The notes beneath the pieces are model-generated. The model was given only the letters and a program-made list of their open reading frames with translations, ran no database searches and was not told where the DNA came from. The position numbers and the translations under genes are program-made. A stretch of DNA of 64,000 bases from Antedon mediterranea (taxonomy: Eukaryota > Animalia > Echinodermata): NCBI RefSeq assembly GCF_964355755.1, contig NC_092680.1:12409045-12473044 (forward strand). Direction: 5' to 3'. Positions 1 through 23,700 of this stretch are shown one piece after another. Every line of letters starts with the position of its first letter. Position 1 is the first letter of the stretch.

Positions 1-11377
<11,377 letters not shown>

Positions 11378-13759
11378 ACACAATGAATCTTAATAATATC
11401 CAATTGTTAATATCCAATTTTAATCAGGAAACATTTTATTCATTGGAAACATTTATGATTCATTCACATTTAAAATAAAAACAGGAGAATAAATTATAAT
11501 GAAAACAGACACTATAGTAGTTTTGTAATGTGGACACATTATTAAAAATTGATGTTAAATGATTGATAGTTATTTGATAATTTATTGATGTAATGATGTT
11601 TAGCAGTACGGTATTTAGATACGCTGGGTAGCGTACAGCATGGATCGTATGTTGTTTAATGAGTACATCCATCAGTTGATATTTGAAACTACGGTATGCT
11701 TGACTGATATACAGTATTACCTATAGATTACTATCAGCCTTATTCATTGGCCTGCTGCTCCTGTGTATAATATACAGTAGAGTACAAAATTCTTTAAAGT
11801 TTAAAACTAAACATGAATTGGAGCATGAACAACATGGAAAAGCGTTCTAGTTTAAATACTTGATCATGTGGCGTAGTTGCCGCTGTCGTACAGAGTACAA
11901 CATTATCAGTATGGCTGCATATCAAATACCCTTTTTGGGTGGGATCTTTGATATTGTATACTGTTTAATCTTCTTCTAGTTGGGCTGTTTGTCCCTGATG
12001 GCTCTTTGAGAGAGAAGGTAGACAATCAACATACATATAAATGAAAGTTGTACAGTATCTAAATCTGTCAAAACTTTATGTGACAAAAGAAATGTGATGT
12101 GCTCATAATAATGGACATGGTAATGTCATATCACTACCATATTTGGACGCATCACACTTTTTTGGTCAAGTTTGATAGTGTAGACGGACCTTTAGTATTC
12201 AGGAAGCGCGAACATTTTCATTTTGATGCTTTTTTTCTTTTCATTCTTTGTTTTCAACCAAAAATGTAAGCATTGATTATATCAACTTTGTACTGTATAT
12301 AGTGTAGTATATTAGATTATGAAATGCAATATTAATAACAAAATGAACAGAAAAGTATAATTTATTGAGTTTTAAACTATAAATAATTAAACTAAGAAAT
12401 TATGCAACTACAATAGGTAGGTAGTTAGATTGTTAAAATAAAAACTATTACCGTACTAAAACTCAATTGGAAAAACCATTTGGTTTGTTTTACAAACCGT
12501 CAGTATTGGAAGGTATGTTTAATAACTTATACTGCATTTGCAATATAAGTCAGCCTGGAGCTTCTTCACTTAAACAGAAAGAAAAATAATGTGTGCTTAG
12601 AACACTGGCTGCGGGATGCAATGAATAATGTAAGACAAATTACTGAAGCGCGTATTTAAATGCAGAACCCCCTTTTTAATCTGTGCATTTGAATAAGTAT
12701 TTCTTTTTTGTATTCTTTTGCTTGTTCCTAATGTACAGTATGATATTGATAGTAGATAATAAAATGAAAGTGAATAAATTGATGTATTTTGAAAATTATT
12801 ATGTGCAACGTCTGTTAAAGTAAATTCTACAGTTTTATTGATTGACGTCTTTGTAAAGTTTTAAAAAGTATTCTTTTTCTCTTATGTTAATTTTGTATCG
12901 TTACTATCGCTTTGGTGCAATGCCAACGTAAGCGCGACGCAATTAATTTGACAAATCACAATTAAGTGATGGATTCGAATCGTCGCAAATCAATTTGCGT
13001 TGTTGCGCTTGTGTCGTTGCGTCGCCTCCTAGGAAACCAAGCTTATAAAGTTCTGTGTTTACACGTAGGCCTACTAACAAAGTTTATGTGACAACAAATT
13101 GTGATGTGGCCATACATGGACATGATGATGTCATATCACTACCATATTAGGTATATCACTACCATATTTGGGCACATCACACCTAACGTTAAACTAGTTC
13201 AGTGACGAATTTCATCAAAAAAGTGGGCTTGTAATTAATTAGCACTGTCTCTATTGATAGTAATTTATTTTTATTTATAGTTCCAAGAAGGTGAATCAAT
13301 CTATTATTTATGTTTAATTCAAATTAATTGTCAATATACACGCACATGATTTAAACATTTCTTTTAAGTTTCGCCGAAACGTGTACATACTATATGTGTA
13401 AATATACCTTTCGGCATAAATGCGTATTTTTAAGAATACAGGTTGTGAATAATAACCAAGATTGGTTACAATATTCAAACATTGAGTTCACACGGCGTAA
13501 TCGACCAGCAATTGTATATGTCGTGATAATGTTAATTTGTTGTGTATTTCTAGTTTATGTTGATACTTCATTATATATTATTCATTTCTAAGAAGTAAGC
13601 CTAGGTTAAATTTAACCAATCATAACAATATTTTAATAAATAAATAATAATTTTGAAACTTTAGAAACGATTTATACTGCTAAGATGGACCGAAATGAAA
13701 GAGATGAGGATAAAACACAAACGTTAATTCCGTTCCTTAATATTCTGGTATAAGATGAA

Positions 13760-13911
13760 AGCTTGATTCCCACTAGGACGCAATGACGTAGACGCAACGC
13801 AAACGGTTGACCATGACACGCGACAGTCAAATAACTCCATTGCTTGTGATTGGTAAAATCCCTTACGTTGCGTTACGTCGTTGTTTTACGTCTCTAGTGT
13901 GGGAACCAAGC
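13760..13911. mobile_element. Short MITE family B (Harbinger-like); related copies at about 12908-13043, 20152-20237, 20905-21043, 53699-53790, 56670-57030
   Basis: TIR AGCTTGGTTCCCACTAG / CTAGTGGGAACCAAGC with internal CGCAACGCAA / TTGCGTTGCG motifs. Confidence 0.7.
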
Positions 13912-14648
13912 ATACGATGGGTCTACGTCAATTCGATAAAGTATCTCTAACTCGATCTTTTATATGAGACTCGGCTGTGACGATTCAGATTATAACATGA
14001 ATAGGCCTATCATTGTATATTCTTATTCAATTGAATGCTAACTCAGTATAACAATAGTTTTAAATTTGGAGATGGAAAAAAAATTGCGAATTATGATTAA
14101 AACATAATTAATAAATTCGTCATTCTGATTATCGAAATTTAATTAAATTGAAGTGAATGAAAGATTTATGAGAAAAAATGAGGGGGAACAATTAAATAAT
14201 AATCAATTCTAAGAACTTAGCATTCAACATCTGGATGTCTATAAGCCAATAGTGGGATTGGAACCCGGATTGTAGACAAGATGCACGCCGACGAGTAAAG
14301 TAGGCCTAATTAATTTTACAGAATCAATGAAAACATACTGGTTATTACATTTTAGAAACATTAAAACATTTAATATAAGTATTTTTGCTAAATTAAATTT
14401 GAAAGGCAAAGATAAAAAACACGTCATTAGCAGCAATAATATGATGTATTTTTTTTTTGTACTTTTTTTTTCATTTAATTTCTGCTCTCATTAAGTTTGT
14501 ACTTTTTAGAACACGTTCAAACGACGTCTCACTCCATACAGTGGAACTGGTACGTATTTTATGGTAAAACATACTACTGCCCTCTCAGTAATTAAGAAAC
14601 TAGGCATGGCATGTAGCACATTGCGGCGAAACATGGCGATGGGAAAGC

Positions 14649-14786
14649 ATGGCTAGGAAAATGTTGTGTCTACGGGTTTGTCCAACTGTTGTTGTTTTAG
14701 GTGCAACAGGAGCAGGGAAATCCAAGTTAGCGTTAGATATAGCAAAACGTGTAAATTCTGAAATTATAAGCGCTGATTCTATGCAG
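14649..14786 (+). CDS. TRIT1: TRIT1 exon 1 (start codon uncertain)
   Basis: [28 protein letters not shown]...SADSMQ|gtag. Confidence 0.85.
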
Positions 14787-17700
14787 GTAGTAGTTTTTAA
14801 ATCGTTTGATTGGTAGCCATCAGGCTAGGCTACACACCGCGCGTACATCATACATGGGTCCGGGAAGAAAGGCGAATATTACATCATTTTTGGCGTACAG
14901 ATGGTCACGGTGATGGTGTTGGTAGATTAGGCCTGGCCCTAGAGAGCATGGTCATTTCCTGCTCTTCCTTGTTGTAGTTTAGTGGCAACCAATAACCCTC
15001 TCTAGGCATAGAGATATTATAGTGAAATATCTCTATGCTCTAGGCCAAGCAACAAGGCAATTTTTGACATTTTGAACAGTTTAAAGATGAACAAATTATC
15101 CGCAATAATAATTTAATTAGGCTAGCCTAGATAGAGGCCTAGCTAGGCCAGGCGCAGGCCTAAATACTTAGGCCCATCCGCATCCATTAACATAATTATA
15201 CTTTTTCAGGCCAATTATTATATAGGCCTAGGCCCTCTAAGCTAGGCTAGCTAGAATTTAATTTTACATAACAAAAATGATGTTTTTGACATTAAGAGAG
15301 TGTCTTTATAATCCAATATTGGCCCAAAGTTAGCCTACATTATAAAATACAACAAACTTTTTTATTAGCTGTTGTTTGCTTCAAAATAAATAGTAAATAC
15401 GACTGATGACATAGAAAAATGTCATTTAAAAAAAGGCCACATTAAAAGGGTGACAGTTGAAATCGTTCTGTTTGAAATTGGTCGTGATAATTTCTTGTTT
15501 TGAAAGCACCGGGTCATTCCATACCAAATAACCCAAAAAAAAAATGACATTTTAAACCCTACTTTCTTCAAATTTGCTCAAATTTTGGGGTTATTTTTAG
15601 CCAAAAAACACGAAATTTTTAATTTGAGCACCATACGACCAACGGTTTGGGCGCTACGCGCCGTCGTTTCTTCGCGATTTTGCGCAAAATCAACGTGGCA
15701 GGCTAATTTAAATGACCGTATCTCCGTAATCTGTGGACCGATTTTGTTGACAGGTATCTTTGGAAAGCTAATTGTTAAAGCTATCCAAATATTCCATTTA
15801 ATTTTGAGATAGAACTATTTAGAAGATGTATAACTTATTCTAATTCCATTTGACCTTGTGGGACAAATGTTGTTTAGATGAAATTTTGTTAAAATTATCT
15901 CCTACATGATATTTACATAATATAAAAAAATTGAAGATATATTATTTTTTGTTTGCTTTCTTTCTAGCTCATTTCAAAGTTGGCTTACTTCAACAATTCT
16001 GGTATCTCTATACAGTGTAGATGTATTGTCGGCATTATATCACTACCATATTTACCTCTTAATACTATGGGGGTCACTGTCAGATTATTTAATCTACTAT
16101 AACAATGCTTTAATTATATTTTCATGCTCCATACAAAACAATTTAACTCAATATAACCGCATTATTTTTTGTTTGCTTTCTAGCTCATTTCAAAGTTGGC
16201 TTACTTCAACAATTCTGGTATTTCTATACAGTGTAGATGTATTGTCGACATTTTATCACTACCAAACTTACCTCTTAATACTATGGGTGTCGCTGTCGGA
16301 TTATTATTTAAGACTATAACAATGCTTTAATTATATTTTCATGCTCCATACAAATCAATTTAACTCAATATAACCGCATGATTTATAGGGCTATAATTAA
16401 AAATTTGTCCCACAAGGTCAAATCCTAGGTCAAATGGAATAGAATAAGTTATACATCTTTTAAATAGTTCTATCTCAAAAGTAAATAGAAAATTTGGATA
16501 GCTTTAACAAATAGCTTTCCAAAGATACCTGTCACAACAAAATCGGTCCACACATTACGGAGATACGGTCATTTAAATATAGCCCGTCGCATCGATTTTG
16601 TGCAAAACCGTGAAGAAACTACAGCGCGTAGCGCGCGAACCGTTGGTCGTATGGCGCTCAAATTAAAAATTTCAGGTTTTTTAGCTAAAAATAACCCAAA
16701 AACCAAATTTGAGCAAATTTGAAGAAAGTAGGGTTTTAACCCATTGGGTGATTTGACATGGAATGACCCCACCACTAGTTTATCTTATTGCAACCAAAAT
16801 GAACGTGCGACTGCCAGATTTATTATCATAGACCATTCTAGCCTATAAAAAACGAAAACTTGTACATGAAAAAATAGACCTCCTCAAAGACAATGTATGA
16901 ATGATGGTCTCTATTAATATTTTTGTTTAACAGGTCTATAGAGGCCTCAACATCATCACAAACAAAGTGAATAGTGAAGAGATTGAAGCCTGCCCTCATC
17001 ATGTCATTGATTACGTGAACCCCCTCAGTCGATACACAGTGGTGGACTTCAGAGACAAAGCGCTGCCAATCGTTGACAGTTTACTGGAAAAAGGTAAACT
17101 ACCAATAATAGTTGGTGGAACCAATTATTATATTGAAGCTCTGCTGTGGAAAGTTCTTCTTGATCCTGTGGTAAGTAAGTTGATGGGTGTGGGTTGGTGG
17201 GGTACAAGAGGTTGTTGTGTGTGGTCAAAGAGGTTGTTGGGTGTGGTACAAGAGGTTGTTGGGTGTGGTACAGAAGGTTCTTGGGTGTGGTACAGGAGCT
17301 TCTTGGGTGTGGTACAAGAGTTTAGGTGTCTTACCTACCTCAAAGTCTCATAGCAATCAAGTAAGGAAGAAGGTGCTTATAGAATTGTTGACATTCTTTA
17401 TTTATCCACCTGCTAACCCCATTTTTAGAAAATCTCACAAATTTAAAATTTGTCTCTAAATTGGTTAGCGTATGATGTACCGATGCGTATGGTGCTACTG
17501 AGTATGGTACTGACTATAAGTATGGTACTGACTATAAGTATGTATGGAAAGTATTAAATTATGGATTTTCTTTTTCTGTCCAAAGATTTGTTTATACTAA
17601 TTCTAAATTGCAGTGTGATAAATTTAAGTTAAAAAATTAGCAATAAAATGATGGGTATACTGTGTATAATATGATGAAAAAAAAATGGAATTGATTAGTG

Positions 17701-20700
17701 GGAAAATAAAAGGACATACAAAATGATGCAATTAAAATGATACAAGAACAAAACTGAAGATCTGATTACAAGATCCAATTGCTATAAGAGATTGATCATT
17801 ATTTTTTTTTTTTGTAGGAAAACACGGGTGATGACCTGTTGATAGACAAAAGAGGAGGCGACATCAAAATGATACAACTCCGCAAACGGTCTTTACCTGA
17901 CAACTGTATGGCACCTAAAGCCAAGCACCAACAAATTGATCACGCATCAGTTACTGGAGAGACTGTTGGTGGCAGTGATCTTGAAGAAGAAACAACTTCC
18001 AAGTCTGTGTTATCACATGGCAGCACATTTCAGCACAATATTGATATCAATTCTACTTGTTCATTCAACAAAATGGATTCTAAAAACTTGTTTTCCTGTG
18101 GTAATGAAACAAGTGAATATGATAAAAGAGACAGTGTATGTGATATGACCAATAAGGCTGTAGAATATTCAGTTAATACAGGTGTCTCAAACACAGGTGT
18201 CACTGGAGAAAACACAGGTGTCACATTGGAAAACACAGGTGTTAATATGGAAAAAACATGTGTTGTTGCTGTGAAAAACACATGTGTCACTGTAGATAAC
18301 GCAGGCCCAACATTGGAAAATACAGCTGTTACTATGGAACACACTGGTGTCACTATGAACAATACAGGTGTCACTGTGGACAATACAGGTGTCACTGTGG
18401 ACAATACAGGTGTCACTGTGGACAATACAGGTGTCACTGTGGACAATGCAGGTGTCACTGTGGACAATGCAGGTGTCACTGTGGATAATACAAGTACCAA
18501 GGGTCAATATTTTAACATTGAAGTTGAGAAGTTTTCAAGTGAACAATTACACAGCATCTTGAAAGATGTTGATCCAGAAATGGCAGATAGACTGCACCCA
18601 AAAAATAGAAGAAAAATAATAAGGTAAATTAAATCACATTTTAAATTTATAACAAAATATTTTTCATAATCTATATCAGGCATCAAATACAGTTTTATAA
18701 ATATACTGTATACTTTTCTGATTCATTGTTCTTTAACACTTTCACCGCCAAAGACGGAAATCTCCGTCTTTCGATGCCCAGCGCCAGACCGCCAAAGACG
18801 GAAATTTCCGTCTTTGGCTTTTTATTGCACAATTTGTTAGATCATGTATATATGGACCGCATATAGAAATTTCAACATCCAAATCGATCTGGACCGCAAA
18901 TATTTTGATACTTTATTAACCCCTAGTGCCAATGACCCAGCTGGCCTACATCGCGTCCTATCCGTAAACAACATAATGTGCTTACTGCAGACGAAGCAAT
19001 TGCAGAAATATTTGCCGACTCTGACTCTGAAAATGAGTATTTATTATCCCCAGATGATGAAGGTATATTTGTACCTAAATCTGGTTTATAAAATGTAATA
19101 AATAATTGGAGATAATTTAGCTAGCCTGGCTTAGACTAGTTTGTAGAATAGTGGAGAAACGTGACACTGACAGACGGTGCAGCCAGGCTAAAAACCTCAT
19201 TATCTCTGCTTTGTTCTCCGATTGAGCCTAAAGTGCTAAAAGTGAGCCAAGTTCTTTGTACAATTATGTGGTATTACAGTTTTATTTCAATAAAGTGTTT
19301 GGTACCATTGGAAAGTTTATTTCTATCTCATTATTTGAGTGTATATTGCATGTTATTCTGATTACAAACACCTTTGCTATGAGCTTTGAAAAACAGGTAA
19401 ATTGATCTAAAATGGCTGGCGGTGAGGGGTACTTCCTTTATTGAATGCCTGGCGGTGAAAGTGTTAATGTATAAACTTTTTCTATCGGACTGAATGTTAA
19501 ATCGACCAAATACAGTTTACACAGATTAATATTTTGTCCACCGTCCTAATGCGAAAGCCCACTAATATCCGCCGTGGGTGGAAGTACAATAAAGTACGCA
19601 CTATTTTGCAAGTTGAAATCATCAACCTAATTAATTAATAATACCTGTAATTGATAATGTCTTCAAATTTGTGTAATTTAAGCAATTCAATTATTTGAGC
19701 AATCTATTTAATATTCATAGCATTAATAAATTTGAGATCTGACAAAAGATTTATAACATTAATCTAGCAAAGAAACTTTCATGTGCTATGGAATTATGTG
19801 CTAAATTAGTTGTTTAATTGAATGGTCATTAATTGTCTTTAATTACTTTCAATTGCAGACATTATATAGTTACAGAATGCATTAATTGAAGTTCATTTGC
19901 CGAGTTGTAATTGAAATCATACAAAGTTATAATTTAAGTGAAATTATTGAAACAAAATTGTCTACACTATCAAACTTTATGTGGAAAAAAAATGTGATGT
20001 CGCCATATATGGACATGATGATGTCAGCACACCACATTTAGGCATATCACCACCATATTTGGGCACATCACACTTTTTTGGTCAAACTAGATAGTGTAGA
20101 CAGAGCTTAAGAAATAACATTTTTTCTCTAAAGCTTCGTCCCCACTTGGAAGCAACGCAATCACAAGTGATCGTTTATATTGGTCATAATAAGCTTACAG
20201 TATGTCCTTTCCTTTGCGTCCTAGTGGAAACCAATCTTAATAATCGAATATCGTTGATTTCAAAGAATTTTTAATAAAACCAAAACTTTTTAAAATCTCT
20301 TCAAAAGTTGGTATTTCTACTCGACCTGTTTCTACATCAATTGACCAGACCTAATGCATTAAATACAATTCCAAGGGAATTTTAATGTGATATTTATCAC
20401 AGGAGACTGGAAAATAGCACTATTATCACCATTTTAAGTAATATCATTTTTTATTGCAATTTTGATGCTCAGCTGTTTTAAATTTGTATTCAAGCTACAG
20501 TATGACAAAAAATTTATCTTGTCAAAAATATTTTACTGTGAAATGATGTTTAAAACATGTTTGATGACAACTCAGTTTTAATGTAAAATCTAATATATTC
20601 TAAGGATGACTCATAACATACCTTGTCATTTTAATATTGTTTAATACCATTTTTAAAATTGTCAAATCTTTTTAAATTGTCTTTTATTATATATTAGAAG

Positions 20701-23700
20701 CCTACATGTTTTTGAGCAGCATAATATACCACACAGCCGGTTACTAGCTGACCAACAGGCAACAGAGGGAGGGAGTTCATTAGGTGGACCATTACGTTAT
20801 AGCAATGTTTGTGTGTTTTGGGTGCAGTCAGACCAAACTGGTAAGAGAAATATTATTTAAAGTTGGTGTATTCAAAGTTAATACTGTACCAGTTCCATGC
20901 TGTGTGGCTTAGATTTAATTTAGAACAAAACGCAAGCAAATTGACAGTTGAAGCATGACAGTTAATAATAATCTAATGCTTTTGATTGGTCAATCAGCTT
21001 GTATTGCGGATTACGTACTTTCCTTGCGTACTAGTGGGAACCTAATAATTATAGGAAAGTTATCTGTTTTGAGACACTTAGTTTACTTACTCTAGTAGCT
21101 AGATCAACTTCCGTATGCACTTTGAGGTCCAGAGAATTTGACTTCAGAAATTGGTTTAGGATGGTCAAACAATCATTATTGGCTTGGTTACACATTTTGA
21201 AAATGTGGCGAAAGGTCAAAAGGTCAGGGTGAAAGGTTATCGAACTAAACACGAATAGGTCCATAAATCTCGACAACCACTGGTCACAGCGCGGTAATTT
21301 TGGTCTCAAATTGATCAGAAGGTATACATTTATATTCAGTCTAATGGGACATTTTAGTCAAAAATGACTGGAAATGCCATTTCTGACCTTTGACCCACAC
21401 CCCAGGGCATGTATGTATCTCCGTAACTACTGATCGTAGACACTTGAATTTGGTCTTAAATTGTTTGAAATAAACATTTTGTTATTTGTAGCACATTTTT
21501 AAAAATGTTACAAAAGGTCAAAGGGTCAAGGTCAAAGGTTATATGAACAAATATAAATAGATACTTGTATCTCGACAACCACTCGTCGCAGCAAGTCAAT
21601 TTAGTCTCAAAATGTTCAGAAGGCATGCTTTTATATTCAATCTAATGGGACATTTAAGTCAAAAATTATCAGAAATGCCATTTCTGACCTTTGACCCACA
21701 TATCATGGCATCTTCATATCTCTAAGTACTGGTCGTAGAAACTTAAATTTGGTATCAAATTGTTCGAAATATACATATTTACATTCATTGTAATAGAAAA
21801 TGCGGTTAAAAGATGAACAGAAATACTATTACTAATGTTTCCAACAAAAAACATATCTCTACATAACTTATCCTTAGACAGTAATGTTATGCAATAACTG
21901 ATACTTTAAATTGTTTCAATTTCAAGTACAGTACTAGTTATTGCTGTCCCCAAGAACATTTTGATAGAAACGTCAAGCTCAACAGTTCTTTTCAGAATGC
22001 TAGAAGTAACTTGCCATGTGTATCCGATTAAACTCCCCGGGCATTTATTGGTCAAAGGGGTTTTTAGGGGGAGGGGAGGCATCTTTATTTGGGGTATAAT
22101 ATGGTAATATGTATAATCAAATAAATACCACCTAGATGTAAAAAAAAATACAGCACAATTAATATCAAAAAGTTAAAAAAATGCTTGGTAAATTGTAGAT
22201 TATGGTAGTTAATGTAATGTGTTGTGATACAATTATTGTGTAAATGCATGTGGCGGGCGTATTTCACATGGTGTTCTATTAGAGGGAATGGTGGCGTTTA
22301 TTTGAGGGAGGCTTTTATTCAAAGCGGGTGTTAATTCGAATAAATACTCTAATTTTAATAATTATAATTCGTTTCTCAACTGATAAAAGGTACTTTACAT
22401 GATTCGTTTTCTTCTTTATGCTTTTTAACGAAATGTTTCTGTCTTTTAGAATAAAAGTGACACTGTCATAGATAACATTAAATGGATCTTCTCCTCCAGG
22501 TGCCAGTATAATGATATAAAACAATGACATATCATTATCCTGACACGATTGCACTCATAATGGATCTTCATTCTATCATCTGTTTGTTTGTGACTACAAT
22601 TTGACAACAATCTTTTGCATATTTTTAAATGCCAATACATAGTTTCATTACTATTGTACAATATGTCCAGCTTTCCTGAAAACACCCTTGTGTACTGTAG
22701 TACAGTGTTGTAGTATGATTTTATCATGGTAACTTCTGATGCTTTTATTGTCAATGAATTCAGTACCTAAAACATGTCAAAGTTTTTAGTGGTATTGATA
22801 ATAAATCTCCAGAAACATATTGTTTTATTATCTACACTGGGAACAGACGTGTATAATATACACCGACAAAACTTATACATATTATGTATAAGTTTTGTCG
22901 GTAACATTCAAAAATATTATGGAATAATGACAATGAATTGGTCTATTATAGTTGTCTGTGATACCTTTTATTACATGATTGTACTTGCAACAGGATAGAA
23001 TGAGGTTTAATCCAGTTATTATTCTTATTATATTAATTAATTTTTGTTTTATCTGGGGTGTATTTATTTGATTATACATGTTACCATTATTACACCCAAA
23101 CAAAATAAACACCTTCCCTGAATAACTAAATGCCCGGACCTTTTATTCGGGTAACTATGGTAAGTTACTTCTAACTGTTGAGCTCGAGTATTTATTCGAA
23201 TTAACACCCGCTTTGAATAAAAGCCTCCATTCCCTCCAATAGAACATCATGTGGAATAAACTCCGCCACATGCATTTACAAAATAATTGTATCACAACAT
23301 ATTTCATTAACTACCATAATCTACAATTTACCAAGCATTTTGACATAATTTTATCATTTTTTGATATTAATTGTGCTGTATTTTTTTACATCTAGGTGGT
23401 ATTTATTTGATTATACATGTTACCATATTATACCCCAAATAAAGATGCCTCCCCTCCCCCTAAAAACCCTTTTGAACAATAAATGGCTGGGGCGTTTAAT
23501 CGGATACACATGGCAAGTTACTTCTAGCATTCTGAAAAGAACTGCTGAGCTTGACGTTTATATCAAAATGTTCTCGTGGACAGCAATAACTAGTAGGCCT
23601 ACTTGAAATTGAAACAATTTAAAGTATCCTATTGCATAACATTACTGTCTAAGGATAAGTTGTGTAGAGATATGTTTTTTGTTTGAAACATTAGTAATAG

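Noticed and set aside
14240-14295. tRNA-like B-box on the minus strand (also about 33662-33720 on the plus strand)
   Set aside because: No complete cloverleaf; more likely decayed tRNA-derived SINE heads
18030-18507. Antisense ORFs (VLSTVTP)n and (CIVHSDT)n
   Set aside because: By-products of a stop-free 21-bp repeat inside TRIT1 exon 3
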